Virus record (IMG/VR): IMGVR_UViG_3300033463_000073
Span: 1 to 64,000 of that record
Source of the DNA: a virus
Taxonomy: Duplodnaviria > Caudoviricetes
Strand: one strand, 5' to 3'
Length of the DNA stretch: 64,000 nt
This document shows positions 44,247 to 53,200 of the stretch, one piece after another (within the stretch, counting starts at the first letter, position 1; each line of letters starts with the position of its first letter). A program made the position numbers and the translations under genes. Under the pieces are notes generated by a model. It had not been told where the DNA came from and ran no database searches. It saw only the letters and a program-made list of their open reading frames with translations.

Positions 44247-44555
44247 ATGTATTTGACAAGAGAACAGAGATGGGAGCTGACTCGGAAGATTGGCTTGTTC
44301 GGTCTGAGTGACCTGCGCAAGCTTGCTCCTATCGGAGACTTGGGTTACGAGAACGGTTGGTATCCTCCGTATTTCGGGAATACTCACATGTGGCTGGACG
44401 TTATGCTGCCGCGTCTGATTATGAAGGCGTTCTGGGAGCAGAAGGAGAAGTACGGATTTGAGGTTGACGGCTACAGCGACGGTTGGGCTGGCACAGACCA
44501 CCATTCGTGGTGCAAGTCCCTGAGCCTGTACTGGCATTGTGATTCAAGCGGATGA
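44247..44555 (+). CDS. hypothetical protein
   Basis: 102 aa. Confidence 0.7.
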   Translation: MYLTREQRWELTRKIGLFGLSDLRKLAPIGDLGYENGWYPPYFGNTHMWLDVMLPRLIMKAFWEQKEKYGFEVDGYSDGWAGTDHHSWCKSLSLYWHCDSSG

Positions 44556-44690
44556 CATGGTTATGAGAGAGATTAAGTTTAGAGGAAGGAGAAGAGGGGT
44601 GCTCTTATGACTAAGTATTATTTTGTCGCTCGCGTCTCGGAGTTCCTGTGGGATTGGCTGAATACAAGTTTAAAACAAAAATAGGATTAT

Positions 44691-44876
44691 ATGGCTTTTA
44701 TCAAATTGACGGCGTGTAGTGGAAGGGAAGTCGTTTTAAACACCGACGAGATAAGTTCCTGTCATGTTGAGGGAGGTTTCAGTTACACGGATTATATCGT
44801 GACGATGCGCAATGGCGACAAGCATTATTTGCATCGAGATTCCTATTACAAGGTTTTGGATTTGGTTTGTGATTAA
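44691..44876 (+). CDS. small hypothetical protein
   Basis: 61 aa; FIKLT...VVLNTDEISS. Confidence 0.65.
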   Translation: MAFIKLTACSGREVVLNTDEISSCHVEGGFSYTDYIVTMRNGDKHYLHRDSYYKVLDLVCD

Positions 44877-44896
44877 CAATTAAACATATTTAACAA

Positions 44897-45265
44897 ATGG
44901 AATTAAATTGCAAGGTTATTGAGGTGCTGCCTGTACAGAGTGGTACGAGCAGCAAGGGAGACTGGGAGAAGCACCAGTTCGTAGTGTCATGGATGGACGG
45001 CCAGTACGAGCAGAAGCTGTGCCTTGAGGTCATGGGCGCGGACAAGTTCGAGAAGATGAAGAACGCCGTCGTGGTCGGCCACGAGGTGTTGGTCAAGTTC
45101 AACGTGACGTCGAGGGAGTATCAGGGACGTTGGTTCACCACTGCGTCGTGCTACTACTGCTCGACCATCGGTGGGGTGCAGCAGCCACAGCAGAGCGCAG
45201 CGCCGAATGCGCAGGTACAATCTACGCAGCAGAAGAATGTCGCGTCTGACCCATTACCGTTTTGA
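44897..45265 (+). CDS. DUF3127-like OB-fold/SSB-like protein
   Basis: GTSSKGDWEKHQFV...FNVTSREYQGRWFT...DPLPF tail. Confidence 0.8.
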   Translation: MELNCKVIEVLPVQSGTSSKGDWEKHQFVVSWMDGQYEQKLCLEVMGADKFEKMKNAVVVGHEVLVKFNVTSREYQGRWFTTASCYYCSTIGGVQQPQQSAAPNAQVQSTQQKNVASDPLPF

Positions 45266-45301
45266 GCGCATGCTCACTGAGAAGTTTAACTGCGAGAGAG
45301 T

Positions 45302-45739
45302 ATGCGAGAGATAATGTTCAGGGGCTTGGACGCCACTGGTCAGAAGAAGTGGGTCTACGGCGACTTGGTACACAACAAGAAGGTGACTCGTACTGGCCTT
45401 GAAGACCGTGTCATGGTCGGAGGCTACGAGGTGTTCATGGACAGCGTAGGACAGTTCACAGGTTTAAAGGACAAGAACGGGCGCGAGATATACGAGGGTG
45501 ATATAATAAAAATCGTTGAGAACCTCGACGACGAACCATACAATTCCGAAGTAAAATTCTATAAAGGCGTTTTTGGCGTCGAGAATTGGACTGAGAACAC
45601 GAGAAACAGAAGTCTTACCACTTTGAATTACTTCATGCCGACTGTAGGCTTATATGACGACGAACAAGAATACACGGTAGAAGTTTTAGGAAACATATAC
45701 GAAAACAAGGATTTATTAAAAAAAAACAGAGAATCATGA
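45302..45739 (+). CDS. YopX family protein
   Basis: MREIMFRG, VGQFTGLKDKNGREIYEGDII, EVLGNIYENKDLL. Confidence 0.85.
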   Translation: MREIMFRGLDATGQKKWVYGDLVHNKKVTRTGLEDRVMVGGYEVFMDSVGQFTGLKDKNGREIYEGDIIKIVENLDDEPYNSEVKFYKGVFGVENWTENTRNRSLTTLNYFMPTVGLYDDEQEYTVEVLGNIYENKDLLKKNRES

Positions 45740-46020
45740 CAAAGAAGGAATTTTTGGAGAATGAAGTGTTCGCTGCATTGTCAGACGACGCTGAGATTGT
45801 GTTTGCGACAGGCAACAATCTAAGGATGTGCGTACCGCTGAATCCGCTGAACATCTCGCTTGTGAAAGAGTGCGTGAACGAGGACAGGCTGAAAGACCTG
45901 CCTTTAGACGTACGCGAGCACTTCAAGCCTGAGTACAAGTGCGCCTTGGTGCTGGATGCCATCCCCTATTGGTATCTGAAAGAGAAGTACAACGTCAGTT
46001 TCGATACGCATGAAGATTGA
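45736..46020 (+). CDS. hypothetical protein
   Basis: 94 aa. Confidence 0.65.
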   Translation: MTKKEFLENEVFAALSDDAEIVFATGNNLRMCVPLNPLNISLVKECVNEDRLKDLPLDVREHFKPEYKCALVLDAIPYWYLKEKYNVSFDTHED

Positions 46021-46234
46021 CATCAGGGACGGAATACCCGACGCCATCGCTGTGGAATGCGTCTTGAACGTCGTAAAGGCTGGAAAGATTAGCGAAGGGG
46101 AGCACGGCAAGAAATACTACTGCTGGGCTACGGTACTTGGAACGCCCGTCGGCAAAGTTGTCGTATCGACACGCCAATACAGAAAGAGCGACTGCTTCGT
46201 TGTCTATAAATACAGAGAAGATGACGAAGGATGA
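46010..46234 (+). CDS. hypothetical protein
   Basis: 74 aa. Confidence 0.6.
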   Translation: MKIDIRDGIPDAIAVECVLNVVKAGKISEGEHGKKYYCWATVLGTPVGKVVVSTRQYRKSDCFVVYKYREDDEG

Positions 46235-46565
46235 TACGTTGCAGCGCATCTGCAGGCGCTATATGCTCAGACTGATGCCAGTTGCGAGGAAGTTCGGTCT
46301 CGGAGGCTTCACGTACGACATGATACGCAGGAACTACAGACGCGAGTGCGCTGCCACAGAGTCGGAGGTAGAGCTTCTTAGCAGAGCTTGCGACGACGAG
46401 CGGCTGCACAGACAAGACGTGCCTAAAGTGCTCAGAAAGTCGTACAGGCGCGCATACGAGGACGGCGACTTCGAGAGAATCAGGACTCTTAAACGAACTG
46501 GCATCTACAGCAAGATTAGCGCCCTTTTGTTGGGAGATGAGCTCCGCGCAATAAGCGACGAATAA
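46221..46565 (+). CDS. hypothetical basic protein
   Basis: Start moved to MTKDDTL. Confidence 0.65.
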   Translation: MTKDDTLQRICRRYMLRLMPVARKFGLGGFTYDMIRRNYRRECAATESEVELLSRACDDERLHRQDVPKVLRKSYRRAYEDGDFERIRTLKRTGIYSKISALLLGDELRAISDE

Positions 46566-46609
46566 TCATAAAAATGCATAAAATGTTTGGAACATGAGCG
46601 GATAATTAG

Positions 46610-46617
46610 TATCTTTG
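46610..46617 (+). promoter_or_regulatory. -7 element (TATCTTTG)
   Basis: TAnnTTTG with TTTG at about -33. Confidence 0.7.
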
Positions 46618-46619
46618 CA

Positions 46620-46772
46620 CACAGAAATCGTTTTCCACGGGTACGCTGTCAGTCACTTTAAGCGTCTTGATGCACAATAAATGTTATAACAACTTGCCGA
46701 AAACGGAGGATGGGAAAGTGGAGTGACTGCCGCGAGTAGCATCCTCTGTTCGGCTTCTAAAGCAGTCACAAA
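46620..46772 (+). promoter_or_regulatory. structured leader of the replication gene
   Basis: Stem 46696-46754 with loop GTGACTGC complementary to CAGTCAC (46650) and GCAGTCAC (46762). Confidence 0.6.
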
Positions 46773-47468
46773 TTGGTTTCGATAGACAGCTCGATATTCA
46801 GACTTAAAGGAAACGACTTGGTCGTGTTCTTGTATTTGCTTACGCACGCGGATACAGAAGGCGTGTGCGATACGAGCTATGCCATTTTATCGCATGAGCT
46901 CGGTCTGTCTGTACAGAACCTAAGAACTATAACAAACAGATTACGAGCAACAGGCGAAATCGTTTCAACGTCAACAAACAAAATTACACACGTAACTATC
47001 TGTAACTATGAGAGATACGAACAAAATACCAAGCAACGTCAACAAGCAAAACCAATACCTATCAACAAACAAAACAGTAAAGAAAATTCGGAAATTATTA
47101 TAGCTACAGTACCGAATGTTGCCGATAAACTCAAGAAAGACAAGAAAGAGTTCTATGATTCGCTGATTCCATACGTACAGACATACGGAAAGGCAACCGT
47201 AAGGGAGTTCTACGACTACTGGACTGAGACGAATAAGTCTATGACCAAGATGAGATTCCAGATGGAGAAGACTTGGGACACCTCTAAGCGCATATCGAGA
47301 TGGGCAAGAAACAACAAACAGATAAACAACAATAATTATGGAAGAACTGAAACAAATTCTCAGAAGTTCGACGAGTCTGTCGCAGCGTCAAACGAGTTTA
47401 GCCAGCAGCTCCATGCGAGATTCGGAGACTCAGAGATGGGTGTCGGAGATAACAGCGAAGTACGGTAA
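46773..47468 (+). CDS. phage replication initiator-like protein (N-terminal wHTH)
   Basis: FLYLLTHAD...TSYAILSHELGLSVQNLRT; C-terminal FYDYWTE...EKTWD...RW; start codon uncertain (TTG). Confidence 0.7.
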   Translation: MVSIDSSIFRLKGNDLVVFLYLLTHADTEGVCDTSYAILSHELGLSVQNLRTITNRLRATGEIVSTSTNKITHVTICNYERYEQNTKQRQQAKPIPINKQNSKENSEIIIATVPNVADKLKKDKKEFYDSLIPYVQTYGKATVREFYDYWTETNKSMTKMRFQMEKTWDTSKRISRWARNNKQINNNNYGRTETNSQKFDESVAASNEFSQQLHARFGDSEMGVGDNSEVR

Positions 47469-47994
47469 TCTCCAAAGCTTTTGCAATGTGTTCTCGTACG
47501 CGCGGATGAACGACATCGTTGCAAATCCGATTGAATGCTTCAGACAAGAGACTCCTACTCTTGTGCGAATGGACGTGACATACGGACAAGAAGCGTCTGC
47601 TACATGGCTGTACGACGTGCTGCAGGGAATGTTTCTCTTTCTCGGTGTCAGCAACGACAAGTTCAAGAGAGAACAAGTGTACGACCTTGCGAGGACAATA
47701 GCGTCGCAGTACAAGACGCTTAAAGTGGCAGAGATTCTTCTGTTTGTGTCGAGGTTCAAGGCTGGCAAGTACGGACGGTTCTATGGCGGGGACTCCTATG
47801 CCCTTGTCGTCACGGAAGCCATCAACAAGTTTATGGTCGAGCGCGAGCACTACTACGCAGACATCGAGCGGATGGAGACAGAGAGACGAATTGAGGAAGG
47901 CAAGAGGAACACCATGTCGTATGCAGAGTACAAGAAGCAGAAGGAATCTGAGGGAATGGGCGTGTCTGGCGCGCTCGACGACATTTTTGGTTAA
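47338..47994 (+). CDS. conserved protein downstream of the initiator (possible helicase-loader partner)
   Basis: LKVAEILLFVSRFKAGKYGRFYG. Confidence 0.65.
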   Translation: MEELKQILRSSTSLSQRQTSLASSSMRDSETQRWVSEITAKYGNLQSFCNVFSYARMNDIVANPIECFRQETPTLVRMDVTYGQEASATWLYDVLQGMFLFLGVSNDKFKREQVYDLARTIASQYKTLKVAEILLFVSRFKAGKYGRFYGGDSYALVVTEAINKFMVEREHYYADIERMETERRIEEGKRNTMSYAEYKKQKESEGMGVSGALDDIFG

Positions 47995-48032
47995 AAATCA
48001 TTTAAAAACTTGGAATATTCCAAATTATGGGC

Positions 48033-48040
48033 TATATTTG
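48033..48040 (+). promoter_or_regulatory. -7 element (TATATTTG) with upstream perfect palindrome
   Basis: TAnnTTTG; TTGGAATATTCCAA at 48010-48023. Confidence 0.7.
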
Positions 48041-48168
48041 CAGCAGAAAAATAAAACAAGCCGAAAAGAGGCTGTCTGAGCGTCGAAAATTTACGAGGTT
48101 GACAACTATACCACAGGAGTGCTTTGATGCCGTCAGAAGACTTGAAAAGCGGCAAAAACGAAATATTT

Positions 48169-48576
48169 ATGGCTGACATACAGATATTGGGGCACATAGC
48201 GAACATAAAGTACCAGAAAGAGTGTATTTTGATATTCGTCGACGAGAGGCGCAGGGGTTTCAAGAGGAACAACGGCTCTGTTGTCGGAGACACCATACTC
48301 ACATGGAAGTGCATATTCAGCGGAAGCGACAGCAAGCGCTCGTACATAGACAGGTACTTCAATACAGGGATGCTCGTCAAAGTCAAAGGAGAAATCCTGC
48401 CTTACGCAATAGAGCAAGACAATACAGTAGACGGGTACAGCGTACTCATACAGAGCATCAACGTCGCACCGTATCCGTCAGACAGCCTCAGACGCGAAAT
48501 AAAGATGCAGAAGGACTCGCAGCTGAACTCCAGCGGAGAGCCAGACTTGGAAGCGTACAACCAACCAGATTTCTAA
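48169..48576 (+). CDS. SSB-like OB-fold protein
   Basis: IQILGHIA...WKCIF...GMLVKVKGEI; acidic tail NQPDF. Confidence 0.6.
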   Translation: MADIQILGHIANIKYQKECILIFVDERRRGFKRNNGSVVGDTILTWKCIFSGSDSKRSYIDRYFNTGMLVKVKGEILPYAIEQDNTVDGYSVLIQSINVAPYPSDSLRREIKMQKDSQLNSSGEPDLEAYNQPDF

Positions 48577-48603
48577 TTATATAACATCTAAAATTGCAAT
48601 TTT

Positions 48604-48990
48604 ATGAGTAAGAAAAAAGAAAACCGTTTCGAGAGCATCGAAGAAGAAGTGGCGTTCCTTCGCAAACAGAACGCTGGCATGAGAGGACAAATCTCTCTAC
48701 TGCAGAAGCAGGTGAAGAAGTACAAGGAACTCGACTTGGAAGGTGACGGACTCTACGAGAAGCGCATCTCTGAGAACGACAGCCTCAAGCTTGCTTTGGA
48801 GGCTAAAGACAAAATCGTCAAAGAGAAAGAGAATGTCATCGACGGGCTGAACTCTCAGGTCAGCAAGCTTTCCCAACAGCTTATGGCTCTCAAAGACGCC
48901 GTAAACAAGAAGAATGCCGACATCCAAGACCTTGATGCGCTGCTCGAGTACGAGAAGCTGCCTTGGTGGAAGAAAGCGTTCATGCGCTGA
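48604..48990 (+). CDS. coiled-coil protein
   Basis: 128 aa heptads ending PWWKKAF. Confidence 0.7.
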   Translation: MSKKKENRFESIEEEVAFLRKQNAGMRGQISLLQKQVKKYKELDLEGDGLYEKRISENDSLKLALEAKDKIVKEKENVIDGLNSQVSKLSQQLMALKDAVNKKNADIQDLDALLEYEKLPWWKKAFMR

Positions 48991-49018
48991 GCAGCGAATT
49001 TTCGACAACTACAGAAAC

Positions 49019-49042
49019 CAGCCTATCCTCACGGACGGGCTG
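49019..49042. terminator. hairpin between convergent operons
   Basis: CAGCCTATCC-TCAC-GGACGGGCTG. Confidence 0.6.
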
Positions 49043-49080
49043 ATTTCCTTACTATATCAAAATGAAAAAGAAAGCATTTC

Positions 49081-49602
49081 CTATGTGTTGTTCGTCGGCA
49101 CTGACAGCGTATGGAACGGTATCGTGGCCAAGATGTAAGAGTCCTTGCCTCTGTGAAGCTTCACGGCAGTCGGCTTGAACGACTTCAGATTGACGACGTG
49201 CGCAGTCTTGCCTGTATAGGCCGACTTGATGTATATGTCACCGTTGCATATTGTTGAAAGAAGGTCGTCATAGGTAGACTGCACGTCTATGTCTGCGACA
49301 GCGTACCTTCCAGACACGATGACGGTCATCTCCAAGTCGACGTTCTTTCGAACGACAACGTCACGCGTAACAGTCACAGCGTTCTGACCGCTGCCTACAG
49401 TCGTGGTCTCTTGCTTTGCACACATGTAGTCTTCTGTATCAGAGTCAACCCACTGCGCAGTATATACGTTTACAGCATCGCCACGTTCGTCGAAACCGCT
49501 GATTGCAAGTACGCGGACGCCGGCAATTGTAGTAAAGTCCGACCACGAGCCGCTTGTCCCTTTCCTGTAAAAATACTTGTTCGTCAAATTACCTATTGCC
49601 AT
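49081..49602 (-). CDS. putative distal tail protein
   Basis: Beta-rich, two genes downstream of the tape measure gene; call is positional. Confidence 0.5.
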   Translation of the reverse strand: MAIGNLTNKYFYRKGTSGSWSDFTTIAGVRVLAISGFDERGDAVNVYTAQWVDSDTEDYMCAKQETTTVGSGQNAVTVTRDVVVRKNVDLEMTVIVSGRYAVADIDVQSTYDDLLSTICNGDIYIKSAYTGKTAHVVNLKSFKPTAVKLHRGKDSYILATIPFHTLSVPTNNT

Positions 49603-49606
49603 AATC

Positions 49607-50200
49607 TTATAATCTTAAAGTCTTTAAAAATATCTTCACGTTCGCAAGACAGAACTTGCCAGTGTCCACATCCGCCCTGTTGCTGTATTTGTACACAACC
49701 ACGTCGCACGTCTCGTCTGCATCGTCTATGACAACCTTGCTCTCGTCGAAGAGGTACACCCTTATCGAGTTGAACCCTTCGCAAGAGATTCTGACGTCGC
49801 TGCCGTTGCTTACATAGACCGTCGGACACTTGCATTTGGGTATCGACATGTCTGTTTCCATGCACCACATCAGAGACATGACGTCTTTGTCGGCCACAAT
49901 GTCGTTCTCGTAGTCCCAGTCCACATAGAGGCCATATTCGTACCCACTAACTTTGTCAGCGTCATGTATCGTGTAGCCGTTGATGTAGTCAGCGAAGTTC
50001 TCTTTCACATACTCCTTTGTGATGCCCTTGCCTTGGTACGCAAACGTTACCACATGAGGGATTGACTGCTGGCACATGGCCAGTCTCAGAAGCTCCTCCT
50101 TGTCGTGAGACGCCTTCTGCCACCGACCCCTGTAGTCCTGACAAAGGTCGGCAAGCAGTGCGTTCTTGTAGTATTGCTGTAACCTGTCCATATCCGTCAA
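49607..50200 (-). CDS. hypothetical protein in the tail module
   Basis: 197 aa directly after the tape measure gene. Confidence 0.7.
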   Translation of the reverse strand: MTDMDRLQQYYKNALLADLCQDYRGRWQKASHDKEELLRLAMCQQSIPHVVTFAYQGKGITKEYVKENFADYINGYTIHDADKVSGYEYGLYVDWDYENDIVADKDVMSLMWCMETDMSIPKCKCPTVYVSNGSDVRISCEGFNSIRVYLFDESKVVIDDADETCDVVVYKYSNRADVDTGKFCLANVKIFLKTLRL

Positions 50201-53200
50201 TTCATTTCAACCCTTACTGCGAGGCCGTTTGGCGAGCTCCATCCCTCGAGGATGCCGCGTATCGCCTCCTGCGTCTGATAGCTCGCCTGCAGCTGCATAA
50301 GCATCTGGGACAGCGTCGCGACCTTCGCGTCGTCCGTCAGGGCGGACTGCATCGTGAGTATTTCCACAATCTGGCGCATGTAGTCGCTCTGCAGGTACAC
50401 CTGCTGGCTTACGCCGTTCATGTATGCTTCAATGGCTCCAGCGGTCGTTTCGGTTATTCCGCTGATACCCTGTTGCAAGGCTGAAAGTTGCGCAGACTCT
50501 TTCTTGTCGCCTAATGAGATGCCAAATGCCTCCATCCAAGTTTCAAACTCGCTCTTTACGTTATCTTTCCATCCGTCAACACGCTCTCTTATGCTGTTCA
50601 CGTCATCTGGTGTCACGGATAGTGCCTGTGAATATGCATCTTGTGCCTCTTGTAGTTGTTTTTGGAGTTCTGCGTTATCACGGTTTATTGACTCGACTTC
50701 ACGCAGCCATTGTATGTAGCCTTCTGGAGCAAATAATCTACCAAAATCCTCCCAATACCTCCTGCTTGCTTCAAGTTCTGCGAGTCTGTCTTCGTTTTCC
50801 TTCATCTGTGTGGAGATGGATTCAATATTTGCCTGCCAACCCGACGCACGCCCCTTTGTCATCTCGTCAACTTCTGCAAACATCTGCTCCATCCTCTGAC
50901 CGATGACCTTTGAAACGATTGACTTCATTATCATATTGTCAATCATATCGGAGAACGTGTCGCCGAAACTCTTCATATAGTCCTCTCCGTTTCTGAAAGC
51001 GTCTATCATAGCGGAAACAACCTCTTCGGCGGCACTTCCGACACTTGAAATGCCAAGAAGGTCATTGACAATATCATTCGTCGCCTTGCTGATTTCCTGC
51101 TCAAGGTCGATGACCTGTCCTTTCAGGCTTTCAATCTCGTCTTCGTCACGGTGTTTGCCAGTTCGTGATTTTGAAAGTTCAAGCTGCCTCTTGAGTTCTG
51201 CAAGTTGTAGTTTCTTGTTTGCGATAGCCGCCTCCTCAGCACCGTATTTGGCAGTACCATACGCCTCGTCAATAGCGTATTGTAGACTCTTGTATGCGTT
51301 CTCAAGACGCTTGACCGCCGTTTCTGACTCCTTAATCGAGGCTGTAATTTTTTTGTTGCCATTGTCAACGAATGCCGTTATAGCACCCATGACACCTCCA
51401 GCGACACCTCCGATGAGAGCACCCCATCCACCGCCGACCTGAGCACCTATGGCAGCACCCTGACCGCCCTTGTCTATGATGGAGAAAGTGTCGTTCATGA
51501 CTTCCTGAGCCTCAGACCAGTTGTCACCGCTCATCGCATTAACCATGTCGTTAATCATGCCTACGGCTTGACCTGCTACTTGGGCGATGCCCTGTATGTT
51601 CGCGACAATCTCCGTGGCGTCGATGTCTCCTGCGTTTTCCCTTGCTTGTTTCAACTTCCTTAACCTGTCGGTTAAAGTCATTATCTTCTTGCCAGTTTCT
51701 TCAATGTTGGACGAATCCTGCGAGCTTGAAAGCCTGTCTATTTCACCTTCAACTTCCTTTATAGATTCATCGAATGCCTCCATACGTTCCTTTGCATTGG
51801 CAGCAGATATGGCAAAAGCTGCAAAAGGATTGTTTTTCTTACGTTCCTTGTCGAGGTCGCGGAGAGCCTTGTTGATGTCCTTAATCTGCTTCGGGGACAG
51901 GTACTTGGCTTTGTTCTTGTATTCCTCTATCGAGGATATGAGACCTTTGAGCGCAGAGTCCGTGAGGCCTGCGAGGTTCCCTGTGGCGACGACCCACTCT
52001 GGCGACTTCTGGAACTCCTCGAACGAAGCCTTGGCGCCTTCATCGAGCTCCTTCTTGTCTATGGCGACTCCGATTTGAAGGACTACCTTGTTTTTGTCTG
52101 CAATCTGTGAGACGATGGACTTCAGTTGCTTTTCAAGCTTCTCGATGTCGGACGGATTGTCAGACATCTCAATCTTTGACGCGATTTTGCGAGACTGCTC
52201 CTTCTGCTCTTCAGTACCGAACTTTACGACAAGTGCCTTGCGCTCATTGTTTGCATCTTTTGCAATCTGTGTGAGCTTGTATTGGTACTCTGCGTACTTC
52301 TGAAGCAGTTTGTCGTACTCCTTTATGGCGTCTGTGGCTTCTTTTTTGCGGGCTTCCTGAGTTGCCTCGTAGCCCTTCTGTATAAGGTCAAAGTAGGCTT
52401 GCTGCAGCTCTCCAGTACCAATCTGCTCTGTGAAGGCTTCCATATCGTCACGGGTCAGATTCAGCATGTTGGGAAGCTCGATGTTATCACCCATCTGCTT
52501 GAAGTACTTGTTCAAGGACTTCGTATATCTGTCCGCATACTCCTTTGCTGTACGTGGAAGCGTATCCAAGTCGATGTCGAACATGTCTGCGAACATGTTG
52601 CCGAGCTCTGGGTTGGCGTCCAACTCGACCGCAAGCTCGTACTCGTCCTTCAGACGCCCAAGCTCATTGTCGAGACCCTTCTTTATCTTCGTCGCGTCGT
52701 ATGCCTCAGCGTCGACCTTAATCTCACTGTACTTGATTTCAAGGTCTTTTATTTCCTCTGGCTTGATATTCTTGACTTTCTTGGCTGAATCAATCTGCTT
52801 TTTGAGCATGACCATCATCTCATGAGGATTGTCAGTGCCTGCAAACGACTTGATGTCGAACTTTGGCAGACCATTCTTACCGAGTACTGCGTTGATATGC
52901 TTGATGGAGTCGCCGAACTGCTCTGTGACAGTCTTCATGGCAACTGCGCGGCTTACGCCTGCGTCAGTGAGTTTCTTGTACTGGGTTCGTACTTTGTCGA
53001 TGAGCTGCAGTTCTTCCTTCAACGCTTTCTGAAGCTCTGACTCGGCCTGCTTCTGTGCTTTGGTATTTGCAGCGTTTTCTTTCTTCGACTCTCCACCATC
53101 AGAAACAGCTTTGTTGTAGTCTTTTTCAGCTGCAGCTCGTTCTTTTAGTGCCTTTGTAAGTCTTTGGTCGTCTTCCGAAGCAGTTATGTTGTTTTCGTCA

